The notes under the pieces: model-generated | The model's database searches: none | Seen by the model: the letters and a program-made list of their open reading frames with translations, nothing else | Told to the model about the DNA's origin: nothing | Assembly: GCA_004022145.1 (NCBI GenBank) | Contig: RCNU01000005.1 | Reading direction: 5' to 3' (one strand) | DNA length: 64,000 nt | From: Paecilomyces variotii | Taxonomy: Eukaryota | Shown here: one piece after another, positions 1-12,980 of the stretch | How positions within the stretch are numbered: the first letter of the stretch is position 1 | How the letters are laid out: every line of letters starts with the position of its first letter | Position numbers and translations under genes: made by a program

Positions 1-1854
1 CCGCTCATAGGAACTCTGGCGATGATGCGTGGAATCAGCCCGGGCTCGCCCGGTAGCCACCTGCATGGCTCTCGCCTGCGCTGCTTGTGAGCTCGGACTT
101 GAAGGGCCTTGGACTGTGGCTCGTCGGGTTAAAGCGGTTCCTTGGCGGGAAGTCTGGTTGATACGAGGGCTGTTGGCGAGCTCATCTGCAAATGCATTCA
201 CTTCCACCGCACGCTTCTCAACCACGACGTAGTCTCTCTCAAAGGCGACCTCTTGAGCAGCTCGCTCCCTCTCATCCAGCACTCTGTCTTCCCGTGTCTG
301 GACATCCTCCATGGCCGGTGGATAAGTGGCTCGACTGGGGCGTTCTAGGCCGGCGGCCACGCCACTGCGATCCATGAGCTCCTGACGTCCAGGAGCCGTC
401 GCGTGGGTGATAGCGGCCGGCCGTTGAGCAGTGACGGCCGCTCGCTGGAGATCCTTACCTGACGACAGGGGCCGGTCTCCGCTGGCTACCCGTCTCATGG
501 GACTGGGCCTAGGCGGTGTATCTGACTTCATCCGGGGCGTCATCGGTCGCTGGAGATTGCTAGGAATAGGTGATTCGCGGCCTCGCGCAGACGAGCGCTC
601 CCGAGCCTCTGCGGCGGATATTGTGTCCAATTGCGCTGCGAGCTCTCCGCGAGAGCTGACTCGACGCTGCTGATCGACGGTGCCAACATCAGCGGACGGA
701 CGGCGACTGACAGGAGGTCGATCGTCACCGACCAGCCCAGGGATCTCACTTTGAATGACCACGTTATCGAAGAAATCCTTGAACGTCATTCTCTCCACCG
801 GGTTGCGCTTCAAAAGAGCACGGATCAGCTGCTTGATCTCGGCTGACGCTTCGTTGTCTTCTGGGAATCGGATTCGATCCTCGCCTCGCTCGATCTTTCT
901 CAGCAATTCGACGTGGTTGCTGGCCCTGAACGGGGGCTTGCCCACCACCATCTCGTAGAGCACCGTTCCGACTGACCAAAGGTCTGCCTTCGCATCGTAT
1001 TTCTCGTATCGAAGGATCTCAGGGGCCATGTAGAGTGGAGAGCCGCACAGCGTCTCCGCCAGAGAGGTGGACGGAAGAGATCGAGCGAAGCCAAAATCAG
1101 CGATCTTCAGCATGGGTAAGGACTCTAGCCCAGTGGCGGGTGTGAAAGAGTTCTCACTTCCCTTGTAAGGGACGACCTGGGGCACACCGTGCTTGTATGA
1201 CGTGGGAGAGGGACACAATAGGAGGTTTTGGGGTTTGATGTCGCGATGGATCAGATTGCGGTCTCGCAAGAACTTGAGTGCACTCGCGAGCTGCTTGAGG
1301 AAATGCCGGACCACGACCTCATTGAGCGCACCGACGCGTGGGTTCGGGTACTTGGCGATCATATCCCGCGTAAACCGGTGGTCTCCCAGCGTATCCCGCC
1401 GCTTGATGAAGAGTGACAGATCCCCCAGGGCACAATACTCCATGACCAGGTGGATATGAGATGAGGATTCATGGCAGTCGATAAGAGCGACAATATGGGG
1501 ATGGTGAAGGCCCTTGAGGATGTCGATCTCCGACGAGAGGTTATCTTTGAGTTTCTTGTTGAGCTTTCCCAGGTTGACCGACTTGATGGCTACGTAGGAC
1601 CGATGTTTCTACAGTTCAGAAGAAGCAGTCAGCGCAAGGAGCTCTCATCCTCAGTAACATCTCAGCAGAGGATGGATGAGTGTATGCCATTAGAGATAGA
1701 GAATCTATGTCGGGAGGTGACTCACCGAATGTACGCCCTGATAGACGGTAGCAAAGCTTCCTCTCCCAATCTCATCCAGCCTTGTGTATCGACCTATAGG
1801 CAGCTCTGATCGGGAGCCCTCACGGGCCCTCCTCGAGGGTTGCTGCGCGGCCAT
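1..1854 (-). CDS. atg1: Autophagy Ser/Thr protein kinase Atg1 (5' part; continues past window start)
   Basis: Manual minus-strand translation (absent from the ORF track). ATG at 1854; exon 1 (1854-1726) MAAQQ...[33 protein letters not shown] intron 1725-1609; exon 2 contains [79 protein letters not shown], the Atg1/ULK activation-segment signature. Confidence 0.95.
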
Positions 1855-3226
1855 CCTCGCTGTTTGGGGGGGGGATGGGTGACTGACTGGCAGTCCTCTC
1901 GAGATACGCCACCGAGTAGTCCGACGCCGGAAGCTGAGCTATCTCTCCGTCACAACTACCTCGACAACGGCGGGGACGAGGACGGAGTGCAGTGGAGGCC
2001 CATCAGGACACCGCACGAACAGCACTCTGGCGTAGATGCTGTAGGATCAGCGCTGTCGACGGTCGAGATGGGAATCACGATGCGGCCGACGGAGCTGGGG
2101 ATTGCCGGGGACCCGGTTGCAAGCTCGAACGGACTGGGGACCGTGATGACTCGAAAACAAGTCGACCCGGGTAGTTGTTCAGACAAGGAAAAAGGAAGGA
2201 TGGTGAAGCTTGCGATGGAAGGATGGATGGAAAATGCGGTCGAGACCTTGACTGGCAGGGGATTGGCCGATGAGATGGGAATGAATCAATCGACCGATAG
2301 ATCGGCGCTCGTGGTTATCGGGGAGCTTTGGGGTGGCAGATCGACCAGGTCAAGGAAACGACAGGACGGGCTTGGGTTGCAAGCAACAGAGTAGAGGATG
2401 ATTGCGTGATGAGAAGGTTGAGCGGAGGGAGAGGGAAGTCAAGCCAGCAGCAGACCCAAGGATCGAGAGAAGGAGGATCAAGCAGGAGGAGGAGAGGCTG
2501 TCTCAGAAGTCGTGGATAAGGCGGTCAGCAGGGCGGCAGTGGTGATAAGTGATCTCAGATAGTTAGATCGAGATAACTAAGTAGCGATCGAGCTCTATAA
2601 TTATTATTATTTTCTTGTATTGTTATTAGATACCAGCGATGATGCCAAACTTCTCATGCTCAACTCGTACTGTCTGACCAGTTGACCATCTGGAGAAAGA
2701 AAACGGCCGATTCGATCCGTCAGATGGTCGAGGATGTCTCTAGCTACTTAGTAACGATCGCGGAGAGGGACACGATCATCCGCAACGAGCCAACAGGAGC
2801 CAACCACTGCCAACGCCGGACGTGACCGGTTGCTGAAACGACCGCCTCCACGTCAATAACGGATGCGAAGATGACTGCCTGGTCGATGATCTGGGCTTGT
2901 CCTGTGTGCTGTTTTGCCATCCCGATTCCAGACCGTCATTTCCGGTCCTTAGATGTGCTGGCTGACTGTCTAAGTACTCTAGATATAACTATTCTTTAGT
3001 TGAATACTCTCCAGTCTACTAGTAATAATAATAATAATGTCCACGATACTATAATACAAATGCATTAAACTTCCACGAATCAAGGTGCTTTCAACCTAAA
3101 AACCACTCCCTCGTCATCGCAGGCGACAGTCATCGCGACTCCAAATCACGATGGTCAACTTCACCATGACGCCATCCCTCTTCGGTCTTATCGCTTGTTC
3201 ATCCACGGCGCTCACTGGGAAGTTAT

Positions 3227-3262
3227 TTAATTAATTCAAATTAATTAATTAATTAATTAATC
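3227..3262. repeat. (TTAA)n simple repeat
   Basis: TTAATTAATT-CAAA-TTAATTAATTAATTAATTAAT visible directly. Confidence 0.8.
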
Positions 3263-5527
3263 AATTCACTTAACTGACTACTGACTGACTTGTCCAGCCT
3301 CTCAATAATGATAATAATAATAATAATAATTCCCCTGAGAAGCGAGCTGATATGATATGTCCGGTGACTGGACCCTGCGAGGGATGATCAATCAATCCCG
3401 TGATCTCCCGCTTTCATTCCCAACTGCGCCTCTCTCAGAGTCTCACCTAAGTACTCTAGACTTAGTACTTAGTACTATCTACAGTAGATAACTACCTAAA
3501 ATAATAATAGACTATCTCGCTCTCTCTTCCCTGTCACAACATTCTTTCTTTCCTCTCTACTTGACTGACTTCAATCCTCCTTTTTCTTTCCAGGCAGACA
3601 ACACCCTCTGGGGCCCAGGACGCGTCAGAAACACCTCTCCTATCATTCCCTCTCCACTCCGCATGGCCGCTGCAGCCAGACACTCAACGTGGCGCGTTGT
3701 CTGTCCCAGGCAGAACCACCTGGGGCCGCAGCACCATTGGATTGACTAGTCTAACCCGCGTAAGTAGAGCAGACGCTGAAGATTATTATTGATCCAAGGG
3801 TAACTCAGCCGCCCCAGTCAGCCGGGCCCATCAAAGGAAGGAAGGAAGAGGAAGATAGCAGTGCACTGACTGGATTCTATCTACTCTTAGATTCGATAAC
3901 TAGATAGTTCTAGTTCCAGCACAGTCTTCCTAAGATGACTCGCAGTTGCGACCTGGATAGACTAGAAGATCACCACCAGGCTATCTAGCGGCCTAACCGC
4001 GGCTGCGGAACAGACAGGGTCGATAGATATCATCTTTAGCGTGAAAAGCAACTGCCCAACAGGTACCAAAAATGATGGCAAAATCTCAGAATCATCCAGT
4101 CAAGAAACTTCCCGCAAATACGTAGATATAACCACTGGACAAGAATAATACAAAGACAAGCCATCACCCTCATCCGTAGAGTATCTATCTACCCATAATC
4201 CTAGTTATCTATCGATGTCTTCTTCTTCAGCCATTATTCCCCACAGATCGTCAGCGAACCGGGATCCACTCGTTGGCCAGCAAAGAACAATTGATTCTCT
4301 CCTCTCTCTCTCTTTCTCTCTCGTCTTCTCTTCCTCCAGATAGACAGACAGACAAGACAAGACACCAAGCCAAGATCACAGCCCCATGGTTCTAGTGCCG
4401 CAGATCCCGAGGACCGAAAACGGTTTCGAAAGTATGTACATACTAATAACACAAGATAAGCGACTCGTCGCCTACTCTATCTATATCTATATCTCGAGTT
4501 ACTCTATATCTCTTATTACAACTCATTTTCATCATTCCTTAGGACTCAGTACCATACGCTTTCCTTCACTATCAGTCACACCCCAATTTCTCAGATATTT
4601 ATTTAGTGGTCGGCGATTATTGACCACCGACCACCTCAGCCCTGCATCGCACCACACCATAGGCAGCCACACTCACTAGATACCTAGGTAGACTATGATA
4701 GTTAGATAGTCACTACTACTAAATAACTATCTACCCCGTACTAACCGAGCATCGTGGTCTAGTCTCAATGCCTCCCTTTATTCAGATACCACGTATCTTA
4801 TCTATATTTCAATTCGACACACAACTCTCAACAAGAACAGAAGAAAAGAAAACACCTCAATACTAGGCACACATCTCACAACGCAACCTAGGATAACAGG
4901 CAGCCGCCTAACCTCCAATGAACAGTTTTATTATCTATCTGTGTCCCTGTTCTAGGCCTGGGCCTGGATCTGGATCTGTATTTGTGTCTGTGCATATCGC
5001 TCTAACTAACTAGTGATTTATACTAATAATATCGATACCAACCAGGCAACAATGACAACATGAAAGTTCTTTCTAATTCATAGGCAACATTCAAAATTCC
5101 CGTAATGAAGTAGGAGATAGATAGATAGATACATACATACATACATATCGGAGGCAAGAGAGCTATCAAGGCTGGAAGAGCCCAAGGTTGGAGTGAGGCT
5201 TCAAAAAAAGGATAGAAATGACCGAATACCAGTACAATGGCGCTATAAGTACAACACATCAACATCGAAAAGCAAGGGCCATCCTGAACAACGCCAGTAT
5301 TTTCTTTCCCGGGCCAAAAAGGTAATGAAGTTAAGACACAAAGGAAAATGCCATGCTTGCGTAGAAATCTTTTTGGTTTGCCTCTGATCAATACTCCCAC
5401 TCCAGATGTTCTCTAATACAACAGACCGCCAATTCTCGATCATCGTAAAGTCATGTCCGCGCGAACCTGTAGGCTCGCGTCATTCTCATTGGTGTAGTAC
5501 AAGCGAGGAGCTGCTCTTCTATACTGC

Positions 5528-8265
5528 TCAAATGTCCAATCCTCTCACGAGCAACCATAGCACAATAGGAACAATAACATTGTCGTTTCCCCCGGTAAGA
5601 ACTGCCTCGGTGGTACTGGCAACGCTGGCTGCCAATATCGACTTACCTACAATGAGGGGCCAGGAGCAAGCACTGGAAGGGTGCCAACCACCAAGGACAA
5701 CCCAGGCCCGTGCGGCAATCAAACCAACGGAGACGGCCGCTGCAAATGCCACGCTGCCTTCCAGAGACTTTCCTCCGCCCCAAAACCACTTGTGCCGTCC
5801 GAAACGCCGTCCGACAAGTGAGGCCGCTGCGTCTCCCATGCCCACGCAAATCACTCCGCTGACCATGCTGACGTCCGGAGAAGGTACCTCCCAGCCCTCC
5901 CACGGCGGGCTTCCGCCACGCGGCAGGCTTGCAAGGGATAACCACAGCGGAATCGCACATCCGATGAGGAGGAAAATGTGCGACACGATGACCGGTCCAC
6001 GGTGATCACGACCATCAACATACGGGGCGAGGAAATGCGTAAGCGGCCGTGAGATAGGGGGTAACTGAGACGCCCGGAATAGATCCAGCAATAAGAATAT
6101 AGCCAGGATCAGAGAAAGTGCTAGGGCGCAGAACGCAGGATCGACATATACCGTCGGAAGAAACATGGCCACCATCATGCCATGGAAGACTTTGCGTCTG
6201 GTATCCACTTCGACAATGGAGCTCAGACGAAGTACGATTGCCATTCCGGTGATGAGAACAAGAAGACAATATGCAGATATCAGAAGTCGTGTATTAGCTT
6301 CCCCGAAGGTATCCTGTCGAAGATGTTCCAGCCAGCCCTGACGACATGCTGCAGTGCTGTCCGGGTCGAAGCGAAGAGGGATACGAATCCAGCCCTCCAG
6401 ATTCATCATGACCGTCCAGAATCGGAACCAAGACTGATTACCCAGGAGATACCCCAAGGCCCATCCAAATGGCTCATTTCCATGGAGCGCTTTCTCCCCG
6501 ACATACTTCCTCACTGGCCCCATGATGATCAGGAAAACCGCTGCGTACGTATACAGAGCGTAGACCCATCTGCGGACTTGCGCTTGAGCAGCCGTCAGCG
6601 AGAGGAAGGACGCCAACCCTGGCGCTATGGATCTTTTTCGTCGGCCGCTTGGGGTAGTTCGCACCCGCTGCGTGCTGGAGTGTGTTGTCTCTTCGGGAGT
6701 CGAGATGGTATGCCGTCGTTTTGGCCCCGTGATGAAAGGCTCTTGGAAGATGTCGTTGGTTCTCTGGTTATCAATAGCGGACGCCGGTTCATCGGATCCA
6801 GCATGGCCATTATGACGCTCGGACAAGCTTCCATGACGTCTCAGTGGTTTCTTCACGAACCGATCGTCCTCACTATCGCCATCAGACACCTTCGTTTTAT
6901 TGGAGCCAAATTGGCTCACTTTCTGACAGATTTTCTCGTCCAGAATGCTGAAGATGTTCCTGCGCGATCGGAGGCTGCTAGTAGATCGACGGAATTTCCA
7001 GGTAGGGACCCTAGCCAACGCCACCTCCCACCGCAACACATGGCGACATGAAATGAAGACGCAAAGGCCGCCAAGCCACAGCAGTGCTTTCAGGATCTCA
7101 GCCTGAGGGGATGCCGAAAACATATACAAGTTTATTAAAGCGGTAGCCAGAAGCTGAAGCTCGGCTGGCAGGAGGCTGCTTGTCAAAAGGAAATCGAGTG
7201 TGGGTATCAATGCTTCATGCAGAGGAAATATCAAAAACAGCGTCTCCGAACTGATGCCTCGGAGAAATAGAGGTCTAGGCGAGCCACTCATGGACAATGG
7301 GTCCTCTGAGACGATTATAGGAATTATCGTAGCTAACCAGCCAGCTAGACTGAATCCACAGCCATAGTTATGGAGCGGGACAGCTTTCGCCGGTAGACTC
7401 GAGAGTCCAAGAATTATGTTCAGGAGGACCAGAGCGGGAAGATCTTGCGACACCGAAAGCGACACAAAGACGGGTATTAAAATCGGATATAGGTATGGAG
7501 CAGGATCGAAACTGGAAGGAATCGAGAATGCAGAGGCGTACACAGGTCGAGAACGTCCAAGTCGCAAAGTCGATGCCAATATGCGTAGAGGGTAGAGTCC
7601 GTACAGTCCAATGATTAGAAGACCTTGCGTGATCAATTCTAACAGACACGTTAGCAAAGAATCAGATCTTAGTGAACGCAAAGCTGTATCTCACCCCTCT
7701 TCCATGATATAGCGAGCTGACGAGATTCGTCACGCAAAACAGTAATGTAGCCAACGGAGAGCAACAATGCCGTTTCTGACACTCTGCGCAGAACCTCCAC
7801 TCGTGTTTTCCGTGTCGTCTCTTTGCCCTCTGCTGCCTCCGTTTCTTGTTCCTCACTCGAGCTCACTCTCGAGCTCCGCGACCGTGACCGACGCTCTGAC
7901 CGGCCTCGATAGCTTGTAAAAAACCACAGGCGCGAGTCCTCCTCGATATTAGATCCAATCCGCAAGCCCTTCCGCGGTCTCACCGGCGGTGCAGGAAGAC
8001 CCTTGAGGACACCTGTACTCTCATCGTCCGCCTCCGTCCCACTGTCACTCGACGTCCTGGGTGTTCTTGCATATGCAGAGGCATGGTCGTGGATACCGTC
8101 ATGTTCTGTCGAGGGCGATTCCGAACCGCGAAGTGTCCGGCTCTTGCGGTGATAGGGATGGGGCGATCGTGCGAAGAATCGCAACTGGTCGGCTTCTGAC
8201 TGCGGAACTGCGAGCCTCGAGGGCTCTGGCGCTATGTCCTCCTCATGATCCTTCCGCGATGCCAT
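5528..8265 (-). CDS. sec59: Dolichol kinase (Sec59-like, CTP-dependent/cytidylyltransferase-like membrane family)
   Basis: ORFs 7669-8265 and 5528-7681 are joined in frame by intron 7694-7639 (GTGAGA..CTAAC..TAG). Multi-TM protein with RRKVFHG, SHIFLLIGCAIPLWL, GVICVGMGDAAASLVGRRFGRHKW, KSLEGS and NDNVIVP motifs. Confidence 0.88.
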
Positions 8266-9137
8266 CGCACCACACTCTGCGATATCTGCGCTACGTCAAA
8301 CGGACAGCCATGCCGTGGAACCTGGGGAAGAATGCAATGGGTGACGTCCGCACGGAGGACGCACGAGTCAACCAACAACAGCACGAAAGCGATGTCCGGT
8401 CGAAGGGTCAAGATGATGTTGTCCGGTCCAGATTGGAAGCTGTTTCCAAAGATCCCAGGTATATCAGACAATGTATATGTATCGTTGTAACAGAATCGCG
8501 GAAAGCTGAGGGAACCGTGGTAGCTTCATCACATGTTAGGCCATAGGTACTTAACGATTCTGCTTCCGTCATCAGCCAACGTCAACGCCCGCGCCACACT
8601 ATCAAACTATCTCGTCGCGACATCAGTCAAGTAACCACTTTTCACGCCGGCAACTTGCGTGAGCTTCTGAAGAGATCGGTTAGTGCGTTCTGGTTTTGAA
8701 TGTTTCAGCCTGGCCTGACCTCAAGACGCATGTCAGAGCCCATGTTTCTGAAACGTGGCCTAGAGTCTAATGGTCGCAGGTAGAGTGAGCAATAGCCCAA
8801 TGAGATCTAAAATGCATAAAACTCCCTGGATCTCGATGATGCGGGCACTATCCACTCGTACGGGATCTTGAGTGAAGATCGCCGTATACAATGGAGTTGG
8901 GGCGAGCACCGGTGTGGGCCTCATGTTTACGACTATCAACATCTCAACACATGGAGTTCAGACGATCAATGTTTGGTCGGCTGCAGGAGACAGGATCTCC
9001 TTCCTCTACATCTCTACGATGCTGTAAGCAATGGGCACCAGATCCGAACTATCACCATCACAAAGCAAGCCTGTCCGCCACGAGCCTGATAAGCATTGTG
9101 TTCGAAAGACGCATGGCTGCTTTGAATCTATTCTAAT

Positions 9138-11498
9138 CTACCTGCGACGTTGCGCATGCAGAGTGATGCCTGCAGCCATCTGTCGTCCTCCAGGACCCCA
9201 GACAGACTTGCAGGGGACGATTTGTCCCGGCCACAGGCTCCGCGATAAAGGATATGCCGTGTATATCACTGCCTGGGCCATGTCCATGTCGGCACAGTAA
9301 TCATTGATTGCATGCTGCACGTATTCATCGAAGCTGGATGCAGACTGCACGAGGTCTATCTCGATAGTCAGGAAGACGTTCCCATCCTTTGTGCCACTGG
9401 AGTAAATTTTTCTGCCCTTATCAACCCGCTCGCTGAGTGTTACTTGCTCGCACCGCAAGCCCAGGCCTTGCCATTCGACATCACTTCCTTTAGGCAATTC
9501 CTCTACCTGCACAGCGAGGAAAGGGGGTGTTTTCGAGTCCCCTTCCACTACCTCGAAGTTAGGCAGGCTTGGTAGGACCTCCTTGGTGCCTCCAAGAGCT
9601 CCTTGGCCGCCGTATTTGAGATCCCAAGCATCAAATTCCGGCTCGTCTTCTTCATCTTCTTCGTTGACGCTCTGCCGGTGGATCTTCTCCCATAGATCCC
9701 ACGCAATGCGGACCTTGGTATCTATTTGCTTGTCCCCTGCTAAGAAGGCAATTGCCCCCAGCCACCAGTCTACCTGTGTCGCCGCACCTATCCGCCAGAG
9801 ATGTTGCAGCGACAGTACAGCATGTAATGTGTAGTTCTTTAACCAGTTCTCACCAGGCCCACACAAGCCACCTGCAATCTCCATGGATGCAGGCTCCAGC
9901 GGTATCTGGCCAGCAATGTATACCAAACCGCCGCAAGTCTCAACCCTCGTACCCGGCTCCGATGGTATAGTAATCGCTTGCGAGTATGGTCCAATGTTGG
10001 CTGGGGCCCAATATGAACGTGATTGAACGTGGAGACCCTGTCTCAGATCTCGAGGTCCCAGGTCGACGACAACGGAGAGCATGACCTCCACGCCATCAGG
10101 GAGACTGTCACCACATGCAACACAGACTCTTGCCGGAGGATTCGGCTTTCTGAACAACTGCATATAGATATTGTTCATCGAGGCAAAATCCTTCATGGAT
10201 CGAAGGAGTACAGTCGCAAAGACGATATCATCTGTGGTCCGCTGACCAGGCTGGACTTCTGCTGTGGAGGACTTCAGGATCTCTTCCAGCTTGAGAGCTA
10301 TACTCCTCATTTGTGCGCCGGTTTCGATGCCAGCTTCTGGTGCTGTAATATTCGCGATGGCCCATGTTGCCTTGCATTTGAGGCTCATCGCCTCAATTGA
10401 CCAGTCAGACGCTCCGTTCCCTCTGGTCTGGTCTGAACCAGGTACAAAGTCTTCGTACTTCTGCGACTGCAGTTCATTCAAAAAGCCTTCAAACTTTCCA
10501 TCCAACAATGAAGGCTGTCTGACCTGTTGTGGTGTGATGCCAGGAGTATCTGTCTCCTTCGGCAAGCACTTCGCATTCTTGATTCTCACATACGCGACGC
10601 CCCCGTCTCCAGAACATTCTTCTTTCTCTTCAACACTTATCCGCTGCTTCCAGAGGAAGCTCGGCCCATCAATCGCCAACGTCTCGTACTCGCCTCCTTC
10701 TCCCAAAACAGCACCTCCGAGGCTCTCTGCCGCGAACCTCCTCATGGCCTTCACGACCCGCCGCCGCACGTCCCCGGAAGGCGACGCAACATTCCCCCAC
10801 AAGAAACTAGCATCCAAACCGCCGGAGGCGGTTTTGATGATCCGAGCGTCGCAGCCACAAGCCGCCATGTCTTCCAACAACCCGGCCTCCGGCACCGCGG
10901 AGGACGACCCGTCGGGATCCTTCCTCTCCTCCGACGGCGGCAGAATTGGATACATCCACAACCAAGCAAGTGGAACCAGGCCCAGACGGCCCGCGACGTT
11001 CTCGATTCTTGTCCGTTGGTACGTTGACAGGATAGCACCCGCTGAAACGGCATTAGCTTCCGGGTGGGCTTCTTTGATCCGTCGCAGGAGCGGGATCAAT
11101 GATTCTGTCTCGTCCGCAACATCTCCGAGAGTATGCGCCTGCGCCTGAGTGTCGAGGTCTTGGCTCTCAGCGTCATTTCCATTGCGATAGATCCGGGACG
11201 TATCGACCGCTCCGCCAGTGATCGCCGCCCTGTACAGAGGGATCCCCAGAGCCGTCTCGTAGAGAGGAATCACCCCATGTCCGATAGTCTGGTACATGAA
11301 ACTATCCATATCTTCTTCTTCTTCTTCCTCAGCCTGTCCCTGCCCCGACGGCAATGGCGGATGAAGATTCGCTAACGCAACGACCCGATGCCCATGCTTG
11401 ATGCAATGTAAAATCGAATACAGCGAGTCCTTCCCACCGGATATCAGAGCGATGACATTGAGGCCGGGAGTAGATGTAGACGTCGGTAGAGACGCCAT
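9138..11498 (-). CDS. dph6: Diphthine-ammonia ligase with C-terminal YjgF/RidA-like domains
   Basis: Intronless 786-aa ORF. PP-loop ALISGGKDS, DSFMYQTIG, GAILSTYQRTRIE and GEGGEYET motifs, then LHVQSRSYWAPANIGPYSQA and YIAGQIPL (RidA-like domains). Confidence 0.92.
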   Translation of the reverse strand: MASLPTSTSTPGLNVIALISGGKDSLYSILHCIKHGHRVVALANLHPPLPSGQGQAEEEEEEDMDSFMYQTIGHGVIPLYETALGIPLYRAAITGGAVDTSRIYRNGNDAESQDLDTQAQAHTLGDVADETESLIPLLRRIKEAHPEANAVSAGAILSTYQRTRIENVAGRLGLVPLAWLWMYPILPPSEERKDPDGSSSAVPEAGLLEDMAACGCDARIIKTASGGLDASFLWGNVASPSGDVRRRVVKAMRRFAAESLGGAVLGEGGEYETLAIDGPSFLWKQRISVEEKEECSGDGGVAYVRIKNAKCLPKETDTPGITPQQVRQPSLLDGKFEGFLNELQSQKYEDFVPGSDQTRGNGASDWSIEAMSLKCKATWAIANITAPEAGIETGAQMRSIALKLEEILKSSTAEVQPGQRTTDDIVFATVLLRSMKDFASMNNIYMQLFRKPNPPARVCVACGDSLPDGVEVMLSVVVDLGPRDLRQGLHVQSRSYWAPANIGPYSQAITIPSEPGTRVETCGGLVYIAGQIPLEPASMEIAGGLCGPGENWLKNYTLHAVLSLQHLWRIGAATQVDWWLGAIAFLAGDKQIDTKVRIAWDLWEKIHRQSVNEEDEEDEPEFDAWDLKYGGQGALGGTKEVLPSLPNFEVVEGDSKTPPFLAVQVEELPKGSDVEWQGLGLRCEQVTLSERVDKGRKIYSSGTKDGNVFLTIEIDLVQSASSFDEYVQHAINDYCADMDMAQAVIYTAYPLSRSLWPGQIVPCKSVWGPGGRQMAAGITLHAQRRR

Positions 11499-12980
11499 GA
11501 TTGTGATTGTAATTTGTAAAAAATGTCAACAAGTCCCCGTAGGGAACAGAAAAGAAAAGGAAATCAAATCCCCCTCCTTCAGGAATGGGATCTTCTTCCT
11601 TTTTTTTCAGAAAGATACTCCCCCCCAACAAAGGAACTCAAGCCAAATAAATAAATAAATCAAACAAATAAAACAAAAAACAATTTCCAACCTCTCTACT
11701 CAGATCGGTAGATATGTATTCAATAAACTTGACTCTGATGAATCCGATATGCTTGTCGATTGATTGCGTCCTTTAAAAAGAAAATGGCCGGTGGGGGGGC
11801 ACATGCAAAAAGAAAAAATGAGACACGCGCGTGAAGTTAATCAAGCATCTTCCATTCTTTTTATATATATAGAAAAGATAAAGAGGATGGATTCGAAATA
11901 ATGACTGTAGATAGGAAGGTAAGAAAGAGGATTTGTTCTTGATTCCCATTGGAGATGAAGAGGGGTCATCGAGGAGTACGTCGCGGGGGAAAAGAAGTCA
12001 GGGCTTGGCGCGATCCAGGTATTACTTATCAAGTGAGAATTTGCCCAACTCACCTCACTAGTAGTAACTGGCCCAATAATGGACTTTTCAGCCTCTGTTC
12101 TATCTTACTATGTTACTATGCAGTCTATCTAATTCAGAAATGATACAATGGAAACTTCCCACGCAGACAGATAGTTACTGGTCACGATTTCGTAAGAATC
12201 TTCTAGCTTTTTTTGTATTTCAACTCAGGCTATATAAGTTTTTTTCCAAGAAAAAATTCGCTCGAGTTCAATGCAGTAAAATGAAGGTGCAAACAATGCA
12301 ATCAAATGCTTAGAACATCAACTGACAATTAATTGTATAAGGGGTATGTGGTATAACAATTGAGGAAAAAGTAAATGTACACAAAGTGTGGCCAGCACCA
12401 AGGGAGAGGAAATTTTCACACAAATGGGGGAATCAAAAAGGATTACAAATAAGTCACATCGAATGCACAATTGCAATAGGTATCGAATATAACACAGAGG
12501 GGTAACATGAAGCAGAGAGAAGTGAACAAAATCGTTCGGGCTAGTCAGATGGGAGTCGCCTCAACAATCTGTCCACCTTTCGCAAGATCTGATCCGTAAC
12601 AGAAAATAGAAAGGGTCGATCCTTCAGTTCAGAATTTTTGAATCATGTTTCCACGCCTATTACCTTTTCCCGGGGGAATTGTCATCATCGCTCTAAATCC
12701 CAGCCCTATCAACTCCTTTTCGCCCGATCCTAGATATCTCCACTGTGGACGCTCCAGATTAAAAATAAGTAATAGTGTGGAGGGATCCTGGCGGGAGGAG
12801 TGATGTCTCCATGACCACCCGTTACTGTTGCCCGGACGCCAGAACAAGAAAAAAAAAAGTCCAAGCCAACCCGACTGAGAAAGAATTTTTTTCAAGACCT
12901 TTTAACTCTAATTATGCGAAATTAAAAGTATCTCCTGGTCGCGTGCCATCATTATCGACTCGAAATGGTCGTTGCTTGAT

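Noticed and set aside
1840..2394. 184-aa plus-strand ORF at the atg1 5' end
   Set aside because: TTG start, antisense to the atg1 leader, no homology cues.
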